A stretch of DNA of 64,000 nucleotides from an uncultured Candidatus Binatia bacterium. GTDB lineage: Bacteria > Desulfobacterota > Binatia > UBA9968 > JAJDTQ01. Below the pieces are notes generated by a model. The model saw only the letters and a program-made list of their open reading frames with translations, did not search any database and had not been told where the DNA came from. The stretch lies in NCBI GenBank assembly GCA_965213675.1, contig OZ243916.1:3712001-3776000 (forward strand). Reading direction: 5' to 3'. Within the stretch, counting starts at the first letter, position 1. Each line of letters starts with the position of its first letter. A program made the translations under genes and the position numbers. Of the stretch, positions 27,140-35,796 are shown piece by piece.

Positions 27140-27877
27140 CTACGTGGCGCCTTCCGGCGGCCGCGGTCCAGCGTCGCGTCGCGCCACGTGAAGCAGCAGG
27201 CGCGCCAACTCCCCGGCTTCGTCGTCGCGCGCCAGGACCCGCTCATCCGAGTCCCCGTCCGGGTTCTCTTCCCTGGCCAGTTTCGCGGCGAGGGCCAGGA
27301 CTTGTCCCAACGGCTTCGCCGCCAGGTTGATGAACCAGATGGACCCCAGGACGCCGACCACCAGCAGGATGGAGATGAGGTAGACTTGCTGGCCGATGGC
27401 GCGCTGAATCTTCAGGCCGATGACGTCGAGGTCCATGCCCACGTGCACGGCGCCGGCGTAACCCGCGAGGATCGGACTGGCTACCTCCACGAACTCGCCC
27501 ATGCCCGGAAGCGTCCGCTTGACCGTGGCGGTTTCGAACGGGTTGCCTTGCAGGATCTCCTCGGGAATGCCGGGGACGAAGGTGTGGGCGAGGAACTCGC
27601 CGCTATCGCTGGTGATGTAGACGTAGCGGATGCCCTGGATCTCCGCGAACTGGTCGATGAGCGATTGGAGCGTGGCCAGGTTGCGGTTGAGCAGGATGTC
27701 CACGCTGGCGTTGGCGATGGTCCTGGCAATGTTCCGGCTGTTGATCTCGTATTCCCTCGACAGGTGGGTCTGAACCGTATAGATGGTCAGCGCCGAGGTG
27801 GACAGCACGATCATGCCGAAGAGCCCCAAGATGCCGAACTGCGTCTTCTGAAAGAGCTTCCTGATCTTCATGATCAC
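27140..27877 (-). CDS. Membrane protein TM - small extracytoplasmic domain - TM - HAMP, with no output domain
   Basis: Two hydrophobic helices flank a domain of about 130 aa; C-terminal KPLGQVLALAAKLA...RDDEAGELARLL is HAMP-like and the protein ends about 15 aa later. Confidence 0.75.
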   Translation of the reverse strand: MIMKIRKLFQKTQFGILGLFGMIVLSTSALTIYTVQTHLSREYEINSRNIARTIANASVDILLNRNLATLQSLIDQFAEIQGIRYVYITSDSGEFLAHTFVPGIPEEILQGNPFETATVKRTLPGMGEFVEVASPILAGYAGAVHVGMDLDVIGLKIQRAIGQQVYLISILLVVGVLGSIWFINLAAKPLGQVLALAAKLAREENPDGDSDERVLARDDEAGELARLLLHVARRDAGPRPPEGAT

Positions 27878-29157
27878 CCGAACTTGGCGCGCCAGTCGTC
27901 CAGGGTGACGAAGCGGCCGTCCTCGACGACGGTGTAGTACACCTTTTGCAACCCCTGCCGGCGGTCCGGTCCGAAGGACACCGACTCGCCGATGCCGAGG
28001 TCATAGTCGCGCACCGAGAACACGGCTTCCTCCAGGCCGCTTCTGTCCGGCCTGCCCTTGAGGCGGCGGAGTATTTCCACCATCAGCCTGGCGTCCAGGA
28101 ACCCTTCCAGGCTGACGAAGCTGTGGGGAAACGGCGTGTACGGCTCCTTCACCAACTCGCCGGGAACCTGGGGGTCGTAACGCGCCATCAGGTCGCGATA
28201 TTCCCGGACCGCGGGGATGGATGTGTCCTCGTAGCTGGGCACGACCTGCGAGTTCACGAGGTGGCGGGTGTAGGCATCAGGGTCGTCCTGTCCCTCGGAC
28301 AGGAGATTGAGCAGATTTTCGCTGCCGACGAAGGAAAGGTTGGCGATGGGGACGCGCAGGCCCAGATCCACGGCGTCGCGCGCAAACGCGGCGCACGCGG
28401 CATACGCGCCCACGCAGATCACCGCCTCGGGAGAAGCCTTCTTGAGGATCTCCACCTGTGCCCGCATGCTGCCGGTGAACCGCGTCCCTCGGCGGTACGT
28501 GGCCTCGCCGGCCATCTCGACGCCGTGCCGGGCCAGGGCCGCCCGTACGCCCGCCCAGCCGCTGCGGCCGTAGGCATCGGCCTGGTAGAACATGGCAATG
28601 CGCTGCCGTCCGATACGCATGAAGTTTTCCACGAGGCCGGCGGTCTCCTGGCGGTACGAGGCCCGCAGGTTGAAGGCGAAGTCGCCGTAGGGCGGCTCCC
28701 GCTGGGGCTGGGCGCCGGTGAAGGGGAAGAACAGGTACATCCGCTGGGCCTGGAACTTCTTCAGCATCGGCAGCGCGCGGGTGACGGTGGGGGTGCCCAC
28801 GTAGCCGAAGAGCAGGAAGACCTGGTCCTCCAGCATGAGCTTCACGGTGTTCTCGACGCAGGGATCCGGCTGATAGCCATCGTCATAGAGCTTGAGAACG
28901 ATCTTGCGGCCGTTGACGCCGCCGTTCTCGTTGACGTGGTTGAAGTAGGACCGAGCGCCGCGATAGAGTTCGGTGCCCAGTCCGCGGGAGGGGCCGGAGA
29001 ACGCCGCGGACACGCCCAGGACGATCTCGCCGTCGGGTCCGATGCCTCTCATCGCGGCCGCCCGGGCGTTGGCGTGAAGGGCGTGAAGCCACGGCGGCGC
29101 CAGCGCGGCCGCAAGCCCGGCGCGGACGAAGGTTCTGCGTGTCAGACTGGCTCTCAC
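27874..29157 (-). CDS. LIV/Peripla_BP_6-type substrate-binding protein with Tat signal
   Basis: TRRTFV Tat motif, NENGGVNGRKI...DDGYQP, GYVGTPT, FNLRASY; GTG start overlaps the nfo stop (GTGA). Confidence 0.88.
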   Translation of the reverse strand: MRASLTRRTFVRAGLAAALAPPWLHALHANARAAAMRGIGPDGEIVLGVSAAFSGPSRGLGTELYRGARSYFNHVNENGGVNGRKIVLKLYDDGYQPDPCVENTVKLMLEDQVFLLFGYVGTPTVTRALPMLKKFQAQRMYLFFPFTGAQPQREPPYGDFAFNLRASYRQETAGLVENFMRIGRQRIAMFYQADAYGRSGWAGVRAALARHGVEMAGEATYRRGTRFTGSMRAQVEILKKASPEAVICVGAYAACAAFARDAVDLGLRVPIANLSFVGSENLLNLLSEGQDDPDAYTRHLVNSQVVPSYEDTSIPAVREYRDLMARYDPQVPGELVKEPYTPFPHSFVSLEGFLDARLMVEILRRLKGRPDRSGLEEAVFSVRDYDLGIGESVSFGPDRRQGLQKVYYTVVEDGRFVTLDDWRAKFG

Positions 29158-30047
29158 TTTCCGTCCCGGAAAGACCGCAACAACTCCAGGCTCTCCCGGT
29201 CTTCCTTCAGGTCCTTGCCTTTCGGCGTCTCCAGGCACATGGGCAGGCCGAAGAAGCGCTTGTCGTTCATCAACAGGCGGAACGGCTCCACGTCCAGGTG
29301 TCCCTTGCCGATGATCTCGTGGCGGTCCACCCGGCAGTCGAGCTCCTTCTTGGAGTCGTTCAGATGGAAGGCGGCGAGGAGACCGACGCCGATGACCTCG
29401 TCGAACTCCGTGAAGGTGCGCTCGTAGCCTTCGCGCGTGCGGATGTCGTATCCGGCGGCGAAGGCGTGCTGGGTGTCGAAGCACACGCGCAGCCGGTCGC
29501 TCTCCCTGGCGCTGTCGATGATGTCGCGGATGTGTTCGAAGCGGTAGCCCAGGTTGCTGCCCTGGCCGGCGGTGATTTCCAGGGCGACGCGCACGTTGAA
29601 ACCCTTGCACCGCCGGTGGACGGCGTCGAGCGACCGTGCGATGGTGCGCAGGCCCGCGCGCTCGCCCGAGCCCGTGTGGGCGCCGGGATGGGCGATGAGG
29701 CAGGGGATGTCCAGGGCCTCGCAGCGCTCCATCTCGTCCACGAAGGCGGCCACGGACTTCTGCCGCAACTCCCGGTCGGGCGCGCCGAGGTTCAGCAGGT
29801 AGGAATCGTGGGCCACCACCGCGTGGACCCCGCTGGCCGCATGAGTATCCTTGAACGTGCGGGCGTCGTCTTCGCTCAAGGGCTTGGCGGCCCATTGCCG
29901 CGAGGACTTGGTGAATATCTGGATGGCTTCGCAGCCCACGCTGTCGCCGGCGCGGAGCGCGTTGTGAACCCCGCCGGCGATGGACATGTGCGCTCCCAGA
30001 AGCGGCCGGTCCCTGGGCGGGGTCTTCTTGCGCGGTGGCGAGGCCAT
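29154..30047 (-). CDS. nfo: Endonuclease IV (AP endonuclease 2)
   Basis: LGAHMSIAGG, HDSYLLNL, HPGAH, LEITAGQG, CFDTQH, HLNDSK, DRHEIIGKG, LETP. Confidence 0.95.
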   Translation of the reverse strand: MASPPRKKTPPRDRPLLGAHMSIAGGVHNALRAGDSVGCEAIQIFTKSSRQWAAKPLSEDDARTFKDTHAASGVHAVVAHDSYLLNLGAPDRELRQKSVAAFVDEMERCEALDIPCLIAHPGAHTGSGERAGLRTIARSLDAVHRRCKGFNVRVALEITAGQGSNLGYRFEHIRDIIDSARESDRLRVCFDTQHAFAAGYDIRTREGYERTFTEFDEVIGVGLLAAFHLNDSKKELDCRVDRHEIIGKGHLDVEPFRLLMNDKRFFGLPMCLETPKGKDLKEDRESLELLRSFRDGK

Positions 30048-30149
30048 GTGGGAACTCTTACCACAACCCTGCCACTGACTTCATCCGGGAATTTGCCACG
30101 CGGAACGTATTGCAGTATGGCAACACATCGCCCAACAAGGAGGTCCTCC

Positions 30150-30557
30150 ATGGCCAACTGGCTTCTGAAGACCGAGCCCAGCGTCTATTCCTTCGCTGAC
30201 CTCCAGCAGGACAAGAGCACGATCTGGGACGGCATCAAGAACAATCTCGCCCTGAAACACCTTGCCACCGTGAAGAAGGGTGATCGATGCATCATCTATC
30301 ATACCGGCGGCCAACGGGTTTGCGTCGGCCTTGGCAAGGCCACCACCGGCGCCTATCCCGACCCCGAGAAGGACGACCCGAAGCTGCTGGTGTTCGACAT
30401 CAAGGTGGGCAAGGCGCTGAAACGCGAGGTCTCGCTGGCCGAGATGAAGCTCAATCCCCGGCTCGAGGGCTTTGACCTGTTCCGCTTGGGGCGGCTTTCC
30501 TTTGTTCCGGTGAGCGACGCCCACTACGACGTCATCATGGAGATGGCCAAGGGCTGA
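30150..30557 (+). CDS. EVE domain-containing protein
   Basis: NWLLKTEPSVYS, WDGIKN, YHTG, AYPDP, RLSFVPV; GGAGG SD. Confidence 0.9.
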   Translation: MANWLLKTEPSVYSFADLQQDKSTIWDGIKNNLALKHLATVKKGDRCIIYHTGGQRVCVGLGKATTGAYPDPEKDDPKLLVFDIKVGKALKREVSLAEMKLNPRLEGFDLFRLGRLSFVPVSDAHYDVIMEMAKG

Positions 30558-30628
30558 GAAGGATGGCGGGCGGGAACGCCGCAGGTGCGCGTGAAGCCCG
30601 CCCGCGGGGACCTGAAAGGAGAGAACCC

Positions 30629-30895
30629 ATGAAAAAGGCAGACTTCCGCCAGTTCTACCGCGACGCCCACGCCGTGGACTCCCTCAGCGAGCGCGAGAAG
30701 ATATTCCTCGGCCTTGCCGTGGCCATGACGCGCAACTGCGATCCGTGAGTGGACCGCCGCCTTGCGGACGCAAGGAAAGCGGACATCCCCGAGGAACACC
30801 TCGACGCCGCCGTGGACGTCATCGCCGCCGTGGACGCGGGCATCCTCCAGTCCCTGAACCAGCGCATCAAGCAGCGGCACAAGGAACGGGGATAA
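30629..30895 (+). CDS. AhpD/carboxymuconolactone decarboxylase-like selenoprotein (CxxU), 88 aa
   Basis: MKKADFRQFYRDAHAVDSLSEREKIFLGLAVAMTRNCDP-TGA(30746)-VDRRLADARKADIPEEHLDAAVDVIAAVDAG...ERG*. The CMD-fold pattern continues across the in-frame TGA; AAGGAG SD; hairpin immediately downstream. Confidence 0.8.
30753..30782 (+). promoter_or_regulatory. Putative bacterial SECIS element
   Basis: CCGC-CG-CCTTGC-GGAC-GCAAGG-AAA-GCGG hairpin starting a few nt after the UGA, with G first in the apical loop. Confidence 0.65.
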
Positions 30896-30963
30896 CCTGT
30901 TCCGCGGGTCGTCGCATGCTTGAAACCCGCCCTTCGAGGTGGTAAAAGTCGAGGTCCCACAGT

Positions 30964-31040
30964 GGTCGCATAGCTCAGTCGGCTAGAGCGCTTGCCTCAC
31001 ATGCAAGAGGCCGCAGGTTCGAGTCCTGCTGCGACCACCA
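30964..31040 (+). tRNA. tRNA-Val (CAC)
   Basis: GGTCGCA/TGCGACC acceptor stem, D-arm TAGCTCAG, anticodon stem CTTGC/GCAAG with loop CTCACAT, GGTTCGAGTCC T-arm, encoded CCA; 77 nt. Confidence 0.96.
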
Positions 31041-31259
31041 TTCCCCTGCTCCAAACCAGATTGGTTGTCATATGCTTGGTTGGCGACCATGTGGTTGGCA
31101 ACCATGTGTTGGCATCCCGCCAGACGAGGCAATGGCCGGTATTCGACGAACCTTTTCCAGCGTATTGGATGACTGCGGGACCCACGGGAAAACTCCGCCA
31201 AGGGCTGCAGGCAAGCTCCCAGGGTCGAGCGACACGGTACATTCAAGGGAGGGCAGGAC

Positions 31260-32420
31260 ATGAGCACCGATTTGAAGATGTTTCTTTTGACCGCCGACAA
31301 CCTGGTGCGTTGCCATTGGGACGGCCGTTCCCGGCAGGTGGAGGTGCTGGATCGGGTGATGGACGGGGAGGTGCTGCGGGAGGTGACGCGGGACGCGGAG
31401 GACCCGAACCGGCTCTACGCGGCCACGGGCACCGAGCTGCACGTGAGCGAGGACGGCGGGGAGACCTGGAAGTGGATTCCCTCCGGCGGCCTGGATTACC
31501 GGGACATCTGGACAATGCAGGCGCATCCCACGCGGTCCGGCGAGGTCTACGTGGGCACGCTGCCCGCGGCGGTGTACGTGAGCGACAACGGCGGACGCTC
31601 GTTTCGTGAGTTGTCGGCCTTCCGCCGGATCGAGGACTACGCCCGCTGGACGTTCCCGCCGCCGCCCCACACGCCGCACATCCGCTGCATCGTGCTGGAC
31701 AGCCGGGCGCCGGACGAGATCATCGTGGGCGTCGAGGAGGGGGGCGTGGTGCGGAGCCGCGACCGGGGCGAGACGTGGGAGGATATCAGCGGGCCGTCGA
31801 GCACGGCCGCGTACCCGGAGCACAACGACCCGGCGGGGGTGCTGCCGTACCAGATGGGCGCCCACGAGGACGGGCGCGTCTATCGCGACGTGCACTGGGT
31901 GATGCGCGACCCCGCGAGCCTCGACACGCTGTACGCCACCACCGGCATCGGCACGTATCGCACCGAAGACGGCGGCGCGTATTGGCGCAAGCTGGAATAC
32001 GATATGGGACGGTCCTACGCCATTCCCTTCGACATCCATCCCGGCGTGCCGGAGCGTATCTTTCTGGGCGCGGCCGAGAACGGCCCCACCTCCTGGAAGG
32101 GCCACCGCACGGTGCGTCCCGGCCCTTACAACACCGTCCGTTTCAGCCGCGACACCTCGGAGGAACTGGGCGGCGCCAAGGCCGCCATCCTGCGCAGCGA
32201 CGACCGCGGCGCCACGTGGCGCAAGCTCGACGGCGGTCTGCCGCGGGGACACGTCCACATGACGAGTTGCGTGGCGGTGCATCCCGCCGATCCCGACACC
32301 GTGATCATCGGCTACACCGACGGTTCGGTCTACGCCAGCCACGACGCCGGCGAGGCTTGGGAGCGGCTGGAACTGCCGGAGACCCGGCTTTACGGGGTGC
32401 GGTTGCTGTCCGCTTCCTGA
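31260..32420 (+). CDS. BNR/Asp-box beta-propeller protein
   Basis: SEDGGETW, SRDRGETW, SDDRGATW, SHDAGEAW. Confidence 0.85.
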   Translation: MSTDLKMFLLTADNLVRCHWDGRSRQVEVLDRVMDGEVLREVTRDAEDPNRLYAATGTELHVSEDGGETWKWIPSGGLDYRDIWTMQAHPTRSGEVYVGTLPAAVYVSDNGGRSFRELSAFRRIEDYARWTFPPPPHTPHIRCIVLDSRAPDEIIVGVEEGGVVRSRDRGETWEDISGPSSTAAYPEHNDPAGVLPYQMGAHEDGRVYRDVHWVMRDPASLDTLYATTGIGTYRTEDGGAYWRKLEYDMGRSYAIPFDIHPGVPERIFLGAAENGPTSWKGHRTVRPGPYNTVRFSRDTSEELGGAKAAILRSDDRGATWRKLDGGLPRGHVHMTSCVAVHPADPDTVIIGYTDGSVYASHDAGEAWERLELPETRLYGVRLLSAS

Positions 32421-32515
32421 GGTAACGCGCGGTGTGTCGGGCGGTGGTTCCGTCCGACACGCCGCATCCCCGCCGGAAAGCCTGCCCGGTTCCAGGCAGG
32501 GCGGTCCCGTCCTGC

Positions 32516-32528
32516 CTAGTGTGGTGTC
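32516..32528. mobile_element. CTAG-anchored MITE-like terminal motif (CTAGTGTGGTGTC)
   Basis: Exact 13-mer shared with four other intergenic sites. Confidence 0.55.
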
Positions 32529-32581
32529 TGGTCACTTCCCTCGATTCGCCCGAAAAACTCGCGCGTGCGCGCGTCCGCCCA

Positions 32582-33451
32582 TCAGCCCGAACAGAGCGTG
32601 TGCGTCACGGTGATGCGCGCGCCGCGATGGAACTCCGTCAGAAAGTCGTCCCCATCGGCGTAGCGCCGGTTGGGAACCAACCGGGCGGGGAAGCTGAACT
32701 CCAGCGGGTCCATCGCGAACGGGTAGGGATCGAGGACGGCGCGGTGTGCGCCCACGGTATCGATGTGGATGCGCGCCGCCGGGGCGCCCTTCCGCGTGGG
32801 CACGTCCACGTCGTTGAGCGTGTCGCTGGGACCGAGCTTCCGTTTCTTGCTGTTCAGGGGATAGCGGTTGCACACGTACTGGGCGAGCTGGTCGAACACC
32901 TCCATGTAATCGTAATTGATCCAGATCTGTTCCTCGGAGGTGTAGTCCTTGAACTCCTCGGAATCGGCCAGCTCCGCCGCCAGCCGCTTCCTCAACGCCT
33001 CCTGATGGTCGACGTAGGCGCGCACCCGCGGGTCGGCGGTGCGATCCGGCGGATGGGTGTACTTGCCGTAGCCGGCGTTCATCAGCGCCACGCCGTGCAT
33101 GGCCATGAGCATGGCCGCGTAGGGGTCCCGTTGGAGAACGTGGTCCACCGCGTTCTTGTAGAAGTCCAGTCGCAACTGGCCCAGGAACTTGAAGCTGCCG
33201 TCATGGTAGTCCATGGGAAAGTTGTCATCGTTCAACGTGGACGGCTTCATCTCCCATTCCCACCAGCCGTGGTCATGCTCCTGGGCCGCCAACACAACGG
33301 ATGCATTCGGCTCCGGGCGATCGAACTTCTCGTTGCCCCAGTGGGCCGCAAAGAAGCCCGCGACCCGGGAGTGGTCGAACTGCAACGCCAGCATCAAATG
33401 CGTATCATTGTACGGGTTGACCATCATGGTGAAAGTTCTCCCTGGCTTCAT
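32582..33451 (-). CDS. DUF3891 family protein
   Basis: QFDHSRVAGFFAAHWGN, HDHGWWEWE, DPYAAMLMAMHG, LDPYPF. Confidence 0.75.
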   Translation of the reverse strand: MKPGRTFTMMVNPYNDTHLMLALQFDHSRVAGFFAAHWGNEKFDRPEPNASVVLAAQEHDHGWWEWEMKPSTLNDDNFPMDYHDGSFKFLGQLRLDFYKNAVDHVLQRDPYAAMLMAMHGVALMNAGYGKYTHPPDRTADPRVRAYVDHQEALRKRLAAELADSEEFKDYTSEEQIWINYDYMEVFDQLAQYVCNRYPLNSKKRKLGPSDTLNDVDVPTRKGAPAARIHIDTVGAHRAVLDPYPFAMDPLEFSFPARLVPNRRYADGDDFLTEFHRGARITVTHTLCSG

Positions 33452-33602
33452 TCTCCAGAGCCCTTCAGGCGGCGGGGCGTGTTGGACAGTGTATCACCCC
33501 AGCCACCCACCGGGCTTTCCCGACGAGCGTGACGATGGGGCGAACCGATGCGCCGTGAACCGGCATGCCCCCGCCTCCCGCGTGCGGCGTGAAACCCGGG
33601 GC

Positions 33603-33632
33603 ATTATAAGATCGCCCCGAAGTCCGTGTCAA
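33603..33632 (-). promoter_or_regulatory. Consensus sigma70 promoter for the DUF3891 gene
   Basis: Minus strand TTGACA-18 bp-TATAAT. Confidence 0.75.
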
Positions 33633-33676
33633 CGACGAATCTGTTCGGGGAAAGTGACACGGATGCGTCGTACCCG

Positions 33677-33705
33677 TTGACACGTGCTGTTTTGATGCTT
33701 ACCTT
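33677..33705 (+). promoter_or_regulatory. Sigma70-like promoter for hsp20
   Basis: TTGACA-17 bp-TACCTT. Confidence 0.6.
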
Positions 33706-33773
33706 CCGTTCGCGACGACGAGAGCCATGGTATTTCGATAAGAACGTTACAACGTCACAAGGAGGTACGCATC

Positions 33774-34232
33774 ATGTTGAATTATGAAGTGACGAGGTGG
33801 AATCCTTTTCTGTTGAATGGACAGAGGGACTTCGCTGCCATGTTCGACCGGCACTTGGGACGCCGGGAGTGGAGCGGCGGCCGGATGCCTCCGATGGACG
33901 CATTCGCGCGCGACAACCACTACGTGATCCGGGTCGACATGCCCGGAGTGGATCCGAAGGACCTGGACATTCAGGTGGAAGGCAGGATCCTCTCCATCAA
34001 GGGAGAACGCAAGGGCGAGGAGAAGGGGCATTACCTGCGGGAGACGTTCCGCGGCAAGTTCCAGCGTGCCGTGAGGCTGCCCGAGGGGCTCGCCACCGAC
34101 AGGCTGGAGGCGCGCTACCGGAACGGCGTGATCGAGATTTCGGTGCCGCTGCCCACCCAGGCGGCGGGTCGCAAGGTGCCGGTCCGGATCGAGGCGGGCG
34201 AGCCCACGGGCGCCGAGTCCAAGGCCGGGTAA
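33774..34232 (+). CDS. Hsp20/alpha-crystallin small heat-shock protein
   Basis: DMPGVDPKDLDI, LSIKGER, GKFQRAVRLP, ARYRNGVIEI; AAGGAGG SD. Confidence 0.93.
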   Translation: MLNYEVTRWNPFLLNGQRDFAAMFDRHLGRREWSGGRMPPMDAFARDNHYVIRVDMPGVDPKDLDIQVEGRILSIKGERKGEEKGHYLRETFRGKFQRAVRLPEGLATDRLEARYRNGVIEISVPLPTQAAGRKVPVRIEAGEPTGAESKAG

Positions 34233-34265
34233 CCGAATCGCTGGCGGGTTCCAGCCCATGGACCC

Positions 34266-34298
34266 AAAGGGGCCTCTCGAATCGGGAGGCCCCTTTTT
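34266..34298 (+). terminator. Intrinsic terminator, probably bidirectional
   Basis: AAAGGGGCCTCTCG-AAT-CGGGAGGCCCCTTTTT. Confidence 0.8.
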
Positions 34299-34332
34299 CG
34301 TCCTTCTATTCGTCCTTCTATTTCGTCCTTTC

Positions 34333-35796
34333 TCACACCTCGACGATGGGCTGCCCGATGATCCACAGGCTGAAGATGGTGTAGGCGACCATGAGGGCCA
34401 GCATGGGGATTTGCGCCGCCACGGCCGGTCCTCCGGCGGATGCGCGGTACGCCGCGCGGTGGGCCAGCCACACGGCGATGACGTGGCCGGCGACGATGAC
34501 GAACAGCGAGAACAGCCAGAGGAAGCGCGCGTCCACCACGGTGGGGTCCGGTGTCACGCCCGCGGTGCCGAAGAGATCCCATCCCACTCCGAACGGGTCG
34601 GAGATGTGCCCGTAGAGAAGCTGGCCCTCGACGATCAACAGCAGCAGGTAGTGCGCCAGGTGGTAGGCGATGGCGATGGGCACGAGAGTGAGGACATACT
34701 CGGAGGCCAAGTCCATGGCGTTCCGGCTCCTTCCCCGCCGCAAGCTTTCGAGACGCGCCATGAGCCCGCAGGTCCCGAGAAACAGCGCCACGAAGCAGGC
34801 CGGCGCCAGCAGGAGCCCGATGGTGAACACCAAGGTGCGCGCGCCGGTGTTTCCCAGGAACTGGGTCCAACCGATGTCGTACAAGGCATGCGACGACGCG
34901 GCGTAGAGGGCCGCCCACACGGGCGTGTGCAGAAAGCCGTCGAAGCTCACGGTGGCGAGCAGCGTCACCACCAGCACCACCATGGAAACCGGCGCCTTCC
35001 CGCTTTCCGCCAGTCCGGACCCGTAGTGCCGTAGGACCAGCGCTCCTTCGGGCGTCCGGGCGAGGGGAGCGAAACGGCCAAACAGTCCGAAGATAATGGA
35101 GAACGTCTCGCCGCACTTCAGCCACGGTCCGACACCGTAGCGCGCCATGGCGGCCCAGGTGAGCGCACTATAGGCCAGGATGAGGACGGCGAGGCGCGCG
35201 GGCGCGGTGTTGTTGGGCCAGACCAGTTCCGCCCAGGCAAAGCACAGGTAGAGGCACACCGCCGGCCACACCCCCAACCACGAAGGCAGGGGCTCCACGG
35301 CGTGTCCGCGAAGCCCCTCGGGCAGCAGCGCCGGCACCGCGGCCCAGGGGTTCAGGGCGGGCCAGACATTGCCGGCCAAGGCGCACACGAAACCCAGACC
35401 GACCCACCAGGCCACCCACACGAACGCGGGCAGCACGTTGGCCAACTGATCCTCCTGTGTGCCCAGCAGTCCGGCGGCGATCAGGAATGCAAAGACGGCG
35501 ACGGAGAGGACGGCCAGCGTCCTCCCGAGTCGATCGTTGGTGATGAGGCGCCCGAACCACGTCCGGGAGATGTCCTGGCTTCAGGGCGGTGTGGGGGCGG
35601 CTTCCTTGCGAAAGGCGATCAGCACGACAAAGGTCAAGGCCACCACCAGCCCCGCCCCGGCGAGGTAGTACCAGAGCGGCACGGGCAGGTCGTAGCGCTG
35701 GACGACGGCATGCGCCCATCCCGGTTCGGGGAGCAGGCACAGGAGGCCCAGTCCCGGGATGACGCCCCCGGTTTTCAACCGCCGCCCCTCAGCCAC
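34333..35796 (-). pseudogene. FedB (fenitrothion hydrolase B)-like polytopic membrane protein interrupted by an in-frame TGA at 35581-35583
   Basis: ORFs 35581-35796 (signal, RYDLPVPLW) and 34333-35445 share a frame; the intervening sequence is open and hydrophobic; C-terminal LVPIAIAYHLAHY, DPFGVGWDLFGT, GHVIAVWLAH. Confidence 0.65.

Noticed and set aside
30563-30945. Separate short ORFs 30563-30748 and 30745-30945
   Set aside because: Better explained as one CxxU selenoprotein, 30629-30895.
30964-31040. tRNA-Val as an active integration site for a prophage or island
   Set aside because: No integrase and no duplicated tRNA 3' end was seen in the window.
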